The notes under the pieces are model-generated. The model made no database searches. It was not told where the DNA came from and was given only the letters and a program-made list of their open reading frames with translations. From an uncultured cyanobacterium (GTDB lineage Bacteria > Cyanobacteriota > Cyanobacteriia > Cyanobacteriales > CAWCAG01), in assembly GCA_963803805.1 (NCBI GenBank), contig CAWDOD010000002.1:512001-576000 (forward strand): DNA of 64,000 bases, read 5' to 3'. Of the stretch, positions 41,540 to 50,629 are shown one piece after another; the first letter of the stretch is position 1, and the number at the start of each line of letters is the position of its first letter. Made by a program: the position numbers and the translations under genes.

Positions 41540-43951
41540 TTAATTTTCGCTTTCGCTTTCAAAGAAAATATCAACCAAATGCTCTTGTAGGAGCCTATGA
41601 ACAAATTCGTAGGAACCACCTATTCTTCGGAGCAAAGTTTGTTCAGTAGCATAATTAAGAAATTTATTATAGTTACAGGGAGTATAACCTTCATAGCGAA
41701 GAACTATACGTAGGGCAAGATGTTGAACACAAGCAATTCCCCCACTAAGCAACCAAAAAATTAAGCCTAGACTTGCACTTTGAGAAAATCCTTTCGTTAA
41801 CCCAACTACTAAACTAGTGATTACTGCAATTATGCTAGCATTTATCAAAGATTTTCTAATTGCTTGATTTGAGTGATTTCCTTTCTGTACGCTTAGAATT
41901 GCAGAACCTTCATAAACTCTTCTTGTTAAAACAGTTTGTACGATTTGACCACAAGTTAGTCCACTAATTATGCCGACATACCAACTTTGCTCTGTACTTC
42001 CAAAAAGATAATTAATTAGCAAAAAATATAATAGTGAAGCTATTGACAATAATGAAGGCAGTATTGAACTCCAAAACCAACTCCACTGAAACCTACCTAA
42101 AAAAGCTACGATAAATAGAATGAAGACTATAAAAGCTGCTAATAAAGAGATATTAACTAGAGAAACACCTAAAGTATAATAGAAATATAAAATTAGTTTT
42201 AAAATAATTAAGCTAAAAATTAAAAGTATCAAAAAAATTAGAATCGAATTTTTGATGCTTGATTTGTTGTTATTAAATTGAAATGAACGGAAATCACTTA
42301 GTTTATCTATTGCTAACTCAGGAAAAGCAATTACCCGTAAAGAAAAGAGGAGAATAAAAGCGAAGAATATAACACAAAAAGCTACTTGTATTGTTATAGA
42401 AGCTATTACAAAATACTCAGCAGAAAACTTTAAATCATAACATAATCCTGAGATTAGTCCAGTGATTAGTGTGCTAGCAGTTGACCATCTTGTTATTCGA
42501 GATGAACTAAAAAATCTGTCTATAGGTTGAATAATATCAGCAAACCTTACCACTAATAATATTAACGTAGTTAAAGTGATTGTCTGTGAAAATATATTAT
42601 AAAATTGTTCTCCACCTAAATTAGTTTTTAAATATATAGCTAATTCAACTATTGAGACAATAAATAGGTATAATATTAGAATATATATTTTAGTCTGATT
42701 TGTATTTAAGGTTCTAAAAGGTTGAAGATGTGATACTACAAAACCAACTCTCTGAGATCCTTGCTCCTGTGATATTTGTGTTAGCTGGTGAGCTATCCAA
42801 GTAAGCCATACTAATTTTTGCTTATCTCTATCGTTACTTTTCAATTGTAGAGAAATATAGCTACTCCAAAAATATTTGAGTCGCTCCTGTGATAAGTTGC
42901 TTTTTTGCCATTGTTCAGGAGATTTTTCTTGACAAGCTACTATAGCAAGATTTAAAAATAGTGGTACACGAGCTAGTTTCAAGAAAATCTTATCTTGAGC
43001 AAGAGTTTGCCAAGAGGGTGAGTTTTCAATCTGTTTTAAATAAGCTTTAATTTGTTTATCATTAAGTGGAAGAAGACAAACTGATCCATTAAGATTGAGG
43101 CGAGTTTCACAGTTAATGTATTCTTTTCTACGACCACAAACTACTAGAGAAATAGGACGATTTTCTCCACTCAAAAAAATATTGATTTCTCTAATACATA
43201 ATTCCTGAAGAGATAGTTCTAGTTCATCTAAACCATCCAACATTGGTAGTAGCTTTTGCTCATTCAACCATTTTCTAATAGTGGTAACTGGCTGTCCATA
43301 TTTAGTACTTACTGCTTTGGCTATCCATTCGTACATGGATTGTTTTTCTTGCCAAGATGCTAAGTTTATAACCACAGGAATCGGCTCAAGATTATCATTC
43401 TCTGCTATAAGAATGAGGTTTTTAGCCAACTCTAATAATGTTGTTGTCTTACCTGCTCCAGGTTGACCAGTAATCAAAAGTTTGCCAACAATTTCATCAT
43501 GTTGAAATATTTCCAGTACAGTAGATTCTTCAGAATTTATTCCTTTAAAGTTTGGATTACTTTTAATGTCTCTAGTCCAGGGGCAATTAACTAAATCTTG
43601 CTGTAGAGCTTTCCTTAAATTAATAGATTTTGCATCTTGTGCAAGCAGAGATATGCTTAAAGTCCCTTTAACACTCTTTCGTACATCATCGAGAAATAAG
43701 TTTTCTTTGCGAGAACGCTGACCTACCTCAGTTTGATATGTATGATAAGTTTTATCACCAAAATCATTACTTTTTCCTTCTCCAATATTATAGATTTGTT
43801 TAGCAACTTGAATGGTTGTTTGTTTTTCACTTTCATCTAGTTTATGTAAAGCTTCGTCATCTACTTGACGCAAAATTTCAAAATCTTTATTTGTTGCAGT
43901 CCCTTCTGAAACTTTTCTCAAAATTGCTTTTATTTCATCTAAGGTAGCCAC
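41540..43951 (-). CDS. NACHT (NLR-like) NTPase with C-terminal multi-TM region
   Basis: Walker A GQPGAGKTT, Walker B LDGLDE, PLFL; many TM helices; YEFVHRLLQEH. Confidence 0.9.
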   Translation of the reverse strand: MATLDEIKAILRKVSEGTATNKDFEILRQVDDEALHKLDESEKQTTIQVAKQIYNIGEGKSNDFGDKTYHTYQTEVGQRSRKENLFLDDVRKSVKGTLSISLLAQDAKSINLRKALQQDLVNCPWTRDIKSNPNFKGINSEESTVLEIFQHDEIVGKLLITGQPGAGKTTTLLELAKNLILIAENDNLEPIPVVINLASWQEKQSMYEWIAKAVSTKYGQPVTTIRKWLNEQKLLPMLDGLDELELSLQELCIREINIFLSGENRPISLVVCGRRKEYINCETRLNLNGSVCLLPLNDKQIKAYLKQIENSPSWQTLAQDKIFLKLARVPLFLNLAIVACQEKSPEQWQKSNLSQERLKYFWSSYISLQLKSNDRDKQKLVWLTWIAHQLTQISQEQGSQRVGFVVSHLQPFRTLNTNQTKIYILILYLFIVSIVELAIYLKTNLGGEQFYNIFSQTITLTTLILLVVRFADIIQPIDRFFSSSRITRWSTASTLITGLISGLCYDLKFSAEYFVIASITIQVAFCVIFFAFILLFSLRVIAFPELAIDKLSDFRSFQFNNNKSSIKNSILIFLILLIFSLIILKLILYFYYTLGVSLVNISLLAAFIVFILFIVAFLGRFQWSWFWSSILPSLLSIASLLYFLLINYLFGSTEQSWYVGIISGLTCGQIVQTVLTRRVYEGSAILSVQKGNHSNQAIRKSLINASIIAVITSLVVGLTKGFSQSASLGLIFWLLSGGIACVQHLALRIVLRYEGYTPCNYNKFLNYATEQTLLRRIGGSYEFVHRLLQEHLVDIFFESESEN

Positions 43952-44946
43952 AATTCATCATTTCCCTCAGAACTACTCTTATGGATAACATCACCGAAGT
44001 GACTACCGCTAACTTTGTTAATATTATAAATATATTTCCCATATTGATTAATAACTTGGGCAATTTGATTAATTTTCTCAGTTGCCTGGGGCTTAGCCTC
44101 TTCCCAACCTTTTGCTGGTAAACCCTTGCCCCCTTGTAAAAGTGCCACTGCAAAATCGCTCGTATCAAAATCAAAATGAGGCGTTTGTGAGACATTATAT
44201 AGATCCTGGGCTGTTTTAGGTACAGTTTCTCCTAAATAATTCATCAAGTTAGAAACCTTTACTTGTGTCTCTCCTAGTTGATTACCTGCCCCTTGTAAAG
44301 CTTCTAGAAAATGAAAAGTATAAACACTAATTGAATCATCTTTAATCCACGACTTTTGTTCCCCCTGACAGGAAGTAAATACCACCCTGCCTTTTCCTTC
44401 TGCAAGAGATTTAATTAAACCTTTGGACTCTGAAGGTGATATTTCTGCAAACCCTTTCGGTAGTTTGAGAGGAATAGCCGCTTCTTCTTTTGAAGTTGCC
44501 ATTCCTGCTGCATGACAACAATCTAAAACAACCAACAAGCGTTGAGATTTTATTTGCCGCAAAGCGTTAGTAAATTGTTCCGATGATAAAGCAGAATCAG
44601 CTATATCTAACGGATCAATATCATGCTGCAACAAGTAATAGTGATTATCAGCCTCCTCTACCGAACCATGACCGGAATAGTAAACTAAAATAGTTGCTTC
44701 TGGATCTGTTTCGGCTTTTTCCTTAAGCCACTGTAAACCAGCTAAAATAGCTTCACGGCTTGCCTGATCATCATTAAGTATGCGGATATGTTCTTGATCA
44801 TCAGGATAGGCACATAAATCAGGATCAATCAACGCTGCATAAATAGCTTGAGTATCTTTAACCGTTACAGGTAAAGACCATCGCTCATAGGCAGATTCTC
44901 CCACACCAATTAGTAAAGCATAGCCTTGGTTAAATTTTTCAGTCAT
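43939..44946 (-). CDS. caspase-family (peptidase C14) protease
   Basis: ALLIGV, YYSGHG (catalytic His), LDCCHA (catalytic Cys), QTP. Confidence 0.92.
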   Translation of the reverse strand: MTEKFNQGYALLIGVGESAYERWSLPVTVKDTQAIYAALIDPDLCAYPDDQEHIRILNDDQASREAILAGLQWLKEKAETDPEATILVYYSGHGSVEEADNHYYLLQHDIDPLDIADSALSSEQFTNALRQIKSQRLLVVLDCCHAAGMATSKEEAAIPLKLPKGFAEISPSESKGLIKSLAEGKGRVVFTSCQGEQKSWIKDDSISVYTFHFLEALQGAGNQLGETQVKVSNLMNYLGETVPKTAQDLYNVSQTPHFDFDTSDFAVALLQGGKGLPAKGWEEAKPQATEKINQIAQVINQYGKYIYNINKVSGSHFGDVIHKSSSEGNDELWLP

Positions 44947-44985
44947 GATCTTAAGGGTTTAGAGATTATTATTCATTTTAATCAA

Positions 44986-46797
44986 ATGAGCGACTTAACC
45001 CCGATTGTCATTTCCTTAAAAACTGCAACCCTAGCTACAATCATTACCTTTTTCCTTGGCATCATTGCTGCCCGTAGTTTGTTAACTACTCGCGGCATCA
45101 TAAAAGGTTTACTGGATGGTTTGTTGACTTCTCCTTTAGTCCTTCCTCCCACGGTAGTTGGCTTTCTGTTACTCTTGCTTTTAGGCAGAAATGGCCCTGT
45201 GGGACAGTTGTTGCAACTTTTGGAAATTAGAGTGATTTTTACTTGGGCGGCAACGGTAATTGCTGCAACGGTTGTGGCTTTTCCTTTGATGTACAAAACC
45301 GCCTTGGGAGCTTTTAAACAAATTGACAGCAATCTCCTCGCCGCAGGGAGGACACTGGGGGCTTCTGAAGGGAAAATCTTCTGGTGGGTGATGCTTCCTT
45401 TAGCTAAGCCGGGACTCATTGCCGGAACTTTACTTACCTTTGCCCGCGCTTTAGGGGAGTTTGGGGCTACTTTGATGGTGGCGGGTAGTATTCCTGGGCA
45501 AACGCAAACTATTCCTGTGGCTATCTTTTTCGCTGCCGAAAGTGGGGCAATGGATCAAGCTTTGGTTTGGACGGTGGTTACTGTAGCTATTTCTTTGGGG
45601 GTGACAGTGGCGGTTAATTTTTGGTCTGATGCAGCTATGTATAAAGGTAAGGGACAGAAAAGTCAAGTCGAGTTAGCAATACAAACTCCCCTTCCTTCTT
45701 CTCAACAAGCAAAGCCTTACCCGGTGGAGTTAATTGTAGAAATAAAGAAACAACTTCCTGGTTTTGAGTTGGATGTCTCTTTTGATGCTTATCAACAACC
45801 TCTCGGTTTGCTGGGGGCTTCTGGGGCAGGGAAAAGTTTGATTTTACGTTGCATTGCTGGTTTGGAAACTCCTGATCAGGGACGCATTGTTTTAAATGGG
45901 AAAGTACTGTTTGATTCTCAAGGAGGCATCAATTTACCTAGTCGCGATCGCCAGGTTGGTTTTTTGTTTCAAAATTATGCTCTTTTCCCCCATCTCACTG
46001 TTGCCCAAAATATTGCTTTTGGTATGCCTAGAGAGCTATCCAAGTTGGCTATTAAGCAGCAAGTAGCAGCCCAGTTAGCTGCTGTACAACTAGCGGGGTT
46101 AGGAAATCGCTATCCTCACCAACTTTCTGGAGGGCAACAACAACGAGTTGCCTTAGCTAGGGCGTTAGCTAGTCAACCGGAGGTATTGTTATTGGATGAG
46201 CCTTTTTCTGCTTCTGATACTTACCTGCGCCACCAACTTGAAAAGTTTTTGTTAGCAAACCTAACTACATACCAAGGTGCAACTTTGTTTGTTACCCACA
46301 ACCTGGAAGAAGCTTATCGCATCTGTAGCAATTTGTTAGTTGTTGAAGAAGGGAAGATCGCTGCAAGGGGTAGTAAACATGAAATTTTTGAACATCCTCC
46401 CAGCAAAAATGTGGCTACGGTGACGGGATGTAAAAATTTTTCTGCGGCTGTAGCTGTTGCACCTCAAGAAGTGTTTGCAACAGATTGGCAATGTTTCCTG
46501 AAAGTAGTTGAACCTATCTCCCCTAATTTAAGTTACATAGGCATTCGCGCCCATCAACTGATTTTTACCCAAGATGCCAATTTAGAAAATACTTTCCCTT
46601 GTTGGTTAACTGCCACCAGCGAAACCCAACATCGCATGACTTTATACCTCAAACTAAATCAGCCTCCCCAAAATCTCCAAGATTATCACCTGCAAGCAGA
46701 AATTTTTAAGGAAAAATGGGCAACGCTGAAAGATTTACCTTTCCCTTGGTACATTCAATTACACCCCCTTCGGGTTATTCTTTTGCCAGGAGATTAA
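44986..46797 (+). CDS. modB: fused molybdate ABC transporter permease/ATPase (ModB-ModC)
   Basis: PLVLPPTVVG, ARALGEFGAT; GASGAGKS, LSGGQQQR, LLLDEP. Confidence 0.92.
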   Translation: MSDLTPIVISLKTATLATIITFFLGIIAARSLLTTRGIIKGLLDGLLTSPLVLPPTVVGFLLLLLLGRNGPVGQLLQLLEIRVIFTWAATVIAATVVAFPLMYKTALGAFKQIDSNLLAAGRTLGASEGKIFWWVMLPLAKPGLIAGTLLTFARALGEFGATLMVAGSIPGQTQTIPVAIFFAAESGAMDQALVWTVVTVAISLGVTVAVNFWSDAAMYKGKGQKSQVELAIQTPLPSSQQAKPYPVELIVEIKKQLPGFELDVSFDAYQQPLGLLGASGAGKSLILRCIAGLETPDQGRIVLNGKVLFDSQGGINLPSRDRQVGFLFQNYALFPHLTVAQNIAFGMPRELSKLAIKQQVAAQLAAVQLAGLGNRYPHQLSGGQQQRVALARALASQPEVLLLDEPFSASDTYLRHQLEKFLLANLTTYQGATLFVTHNLEEAYRICSNLLVVEEGKIAARGSKHEIFEHPPSKNVATVTGCKNFSAAVAVAPQEVFATDWQCFLKVVEPISPNLSYIGIRAHQLIFTQDANLENTFPCWLTATSETQHRMTLYLKLNQPPQNLQDYHLQAEIFKEKWATLKDLPFPWYIQLHPLRVILLPGD

Positions 46798-49732
46798 GTA
46801 ACCTATTACCTATTACTTAAAATCTACAAGGCTTTTCAATCTCCACCCTGGCCAAAATTTCCTCTTCTTCATCCGCAACAGCCTCCTCTTCTGCTAAACT
46901 AAGCCATTCCCAACTATCAGCATCTAAAGGTTCATCGGGATTAGCTAATGTTCCCCCCTTACCAATATCAAAAAAGGCGACAGTAGCATCTTTTTCTATA
47001 GCCTCACAACTATCATTAACCTCTGTATCCACCCTGTCATCCGGTAGGCTATTTAGCCCTTGAGTAACATCAAAATCTACATCAATGGCTACACTTCCTT
47101 CATTACCTACCACATCAGAAGAAGCGTTTAAATCAGAAAAGGGAGTCAAAAAGCGACTATCCCCGACAAAGCCATAAACACCAGTGGCGTTAATAATAAT
47201 TTGACCACCCTTGCCTTGGGAAGCACGGGCAACTACATCGCTGTTTTCATTGGGAATAGCAACGATGAAACCGACGTTAAGGGTAATATTACCTCCACTA
47301 CCAACACCCCCCGCAGCCGCACTAATGAGGCTGTTGTTGCGCATCAGGATGAGTCCGGGAACGTTGAGGTTAATGTTACCACCGCTAGTTTTTGCTGTGG
47401 CAGCAGTGATTGTTCCTCGGTTAGCAAGGTTGATGTTACCTGCGGAGATATTAACGTTGCCCCCGATGCCATCTCCTTGACTGTTAACAGCAATCTGTCC
47501 CCCATCCCTAATGTTTAGCTTTGGGGTGTTGATAAAAATACTACCGGAGTCTCCTGTTGTACCGGGACTAGTTTGAGCAAAGATACCGCTTGCTGCCCCG
47601 CCAGTGGTGATGCTGCTGCCTGTTACGTTGGGGGTTTCTAGCGAGATATTGAGGGTGTAGTTGCTTTGATTGGGAAGAGCGTTTGCAGACTTGGTGACTC
47701 TGAGGTAGAAAGTACCACTTTCAGTGAAAGTAACACTGAAATAGGGATCAGAAACTTGGTTACTTCCTCCTCCACCTTGGAATTGTATGCTACTAGAGTC
47801 TCCAACTAATAATTTCAATTGTCCATCTTGAATCTGCAAAATTTCTATACTTCCGACATTAGAACTGTCTGCTATGGGGTTTCCTTGGCTGTCTAAAACA
47901 TTATCAATATCAAAAATTCCCCTTGTTCCTGCTGTAACTTTAAAAGCGTAATAGTCTGGGGTATTGCTATTATCACCTTTGTCTTGAATGGAAACATAAG
48001 GAACTCTAGTAGAAATTTCTACATTAGGGTTAGAATTATTAACAGTGTCAATGGAAAAGAGATTGTCACTGAGAAACAAAGCTTCTGCTGGACTATTATT
48101 GGGTTCTGTTTCAGTAATCAGCTTAGATGGATTGAAAGGAGTAGCTTGTATCTTTTGTCTCAAAGGTGCAGAAGTTTGAGTGCGATTGGCAAAGTTAGGA
48201 TAATTGCCGTTGATGTTGAGACTTTCTCTGGCGTTAACAATAACTTCCCCTGCTTTACCTCCACTAAGGGTACTGGTTAAGATTTGTCCTCCACTTTGTA
48301 GGTTGAGTCGGTTGGCGTTGACTTTAATATCACCCCCAGAGGAATTGCTAAAAGTTTGTGCGCTTAAAACTCCTCCATCGCTTAGGGTGACAGTGCCGGA
48401 GTTGTTAACAGTAATATCTCCACCCTTGCCTGTATTGCTATTTTGTTCATCTCCAGAGGAGGTAAACAAACCACTAAGGAAACCTTCTGCACCAACACCA
48501 GAAATAGTCAATCTATCTCGAATATTCAGCAAAATATTGCCTGCATCCCCTTGACTTTTCGTTAAGGCTTGCAACTGGGAACCTCCCGTTAAAGAAAGTT
48601 GGGGAGAGTTGATGGTAATGTTGTTTCCTTGTCCTTGAGAGCCAAAGTTGGCAACGGTGGCAATGTTACTTTGGTTTGTTAATTGGACAGCTTGGTTAGC
48701 AGTGATATCTACTTTCCCTGCATTCCCTACCCCAGCAGTGAGACTTTGAATATTGCTGCGGTCTAAGAAGAGATTGTCTACCATAATCTCGACATCACCA
48801 GCATTGCCTTCATCAAAGGTTGTGGTTTCAATGAGGGAAAATTCGGTTAAGTTAACAGTTGGTGCAACTAAGCTTATCTTACCTACTTTACCTGTTGTAC
48901 CAGGTTCTAGGGTGGCGGTAAGACGACTTCTATTGAGAGTAATATTTTCTTGGGCATTGAGGGAAATGTTTCCTACCACTCCATTGGAAGTTTTCGAAAA
49001 TCCTCCCTTTGGGAAGAGACCAGTCTCAATATTAGAGTTATTGAGAGTTATGGCAGGAGCAGTAACAGAGATGCTTCCTGTCGATGCAATTCCTAAACTT
49101 AAGATGTAAAGATTATTCAACTCTAAATTAGTAGCTGAACTAGTGATACTGATATCCCCTGCATTTTGACCACCACTACTCACTTCACTTATCCCAGAAG
49201 AGGAGGTAATTTCTCCTCCACTATTGAGAGAAAGGTCTCCTCCATTTTGAGTATCTCCTCCTTCAAAGGATAAAGAAGAAGAAAAGATAGTTTTAGCAAT
49301 GATATTGCCCCCAGCATCAAGGGAAATATCTCCTCCATCTTGAGCATTTCCATCTTCATAAGAAAAAGATCCAGAAGTGATGCCATCAAGACTGGTAATG
49401 TCTCCACCCGCATCAAGGAAAATATGTCCTCCATCTTGAGTATTTCCACCTCTAAAGGAAAAAGAGGATGAATTGATACTACCACTAGCCAAGATATGAC
49501 CCCCAGCTTCAACGTTAATTGTTCCTCCATTTCCTGCGTCTCCATCTCCCAAGGAAAAAGAGGATGAACTGATAGTGGTAGTAGAGATATTACCGCCAGC
49601 TTCAACGTTAATTGCTCCTCCATTTCCCACATCTCCATCTCCATAAGCAAGAGAACGAGAATCTAACTCACCAGTAGAAATACTTCCTCCAGCTTTGAGG
49701 GAAATATAGTTATTTTAAATAACAATGAGACA

Positions 49733-50629
49733 TTAAGCTGCACAATAGTTACGAATAATTTCATCTACAGATGTTCCAGAATCTGCATACATTCTTCCTC
49801 TCTTTAAAGCACTAAAATCATGCTCAATATCATTGAAGTCAGGAGAATATTTCGGCAAGAATAATACTTCATGACCTGCTTCTTTCACTAACTCTCTAAT
49901 CATTCTTTTCCTATGAATTGGTGCATTATCCATAATTAGTACCGACGCTATGGTTAATGATGGTAATAAATACTTCCTTAACCATCCTTCAAATCCTTCT
50001 GCATTCAGACTTCCTCTAAACAACATTGGGGCTATTAAGTTTTTTGACTTTTTTCTTCTACCAGCTACTAGATTCTCTCTTTTACCTCGTTTACCTTGTT
50101 TTTCTCCATACAGTTTTTGCCTTTCTTGGTGTGCGTTCCCTTGCGTCTTACGCCGACGCGGGGTCACACCGCTTTTTGACCATCCATAATGCACCGACTG
50201 CATCTCCTCAAATCCTGACTCGTCAATAAACACTAGGCTTTCACTTCCGTAGATTTTTATTAATTCTCTTAATGCTCTTAAATACTTAATTCTTTCAAGT
50301 CTGTTTCTTTCTCGATAACGAAGTTCTTTTTTTTTCCTAGTTATCTTCATTTTTTTGAGAGCATAGAAGATCGCACTTGGATTTACCCCAAATTTCTTGG
50401 CTCTTTGCGATAGTTTAGCATCTGGATTTTCTTTGACATCTTGTTCTAATGCTTTCCAATCCAGTTTTCTTTGACGGCGTTCTACCTTCGTGGCTTCCAG
50501 ATTCTCACGCTCTAACCATCTGTATATTGTCGCTCTTCCAATGTTAAAGACTTTTGCTGCTTCCCTAATCTTTCCACCATCTTCTATATATTTTATGACC
50601 TTTTTTCTTAAATCTAGACTGTATGGCAT
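49733..50629 (-). CDS. IS630 transposase with 16-aa in-frame insertion
   Basis: YSLDLR, FIDESG, MDNAPIH, LPKYSPDFNDIE. Confidence 0.93.
   Translation of the reverse strand: MPYSLDLRKKVIKYIEDGGKIREAAKVFNIGRATIYRWLERENLEATKVERRQRKLDWKALEQDVKENPDAKLSQRAKKFGVNPSAIFYALKKMKITRKKKELRYRERNRLERIKYLRALRELIKIYGSESLVFIDESGFEEMQSVHYGWSKSGVTPRRRKTQGNAHQERQKLYGEKQGKRGKRENLVAGRRKKSKNLIAPMLFRGSLNAEGFEGWLRKYLLPSLTIASVLIMDNAPIHRKRMIRELVKEAGHEVLFLPKYSPDFNDIEHDFSALKRGRMYADSGTSVDEIIRNYCAA
50125..50172. repeat. 48-bp GC-rich palindromic insert
   Basis: GGTGTG...CACACC outer stem and GCGTC...GACGC inner stem inside an AT-rich transposase gene. Confidence 0.75.

Noticed and set aside
44926-44985. TTG start for modBC at 44926
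   Set aside because: It overlaps the divergent caspase start; ATG 44986 gives a typical ModB N-terminus
50327-50335. Programmed frameshift at the A9 tract of the IS630 transposase
   Set aside because: The ORF is already continuous through the tract
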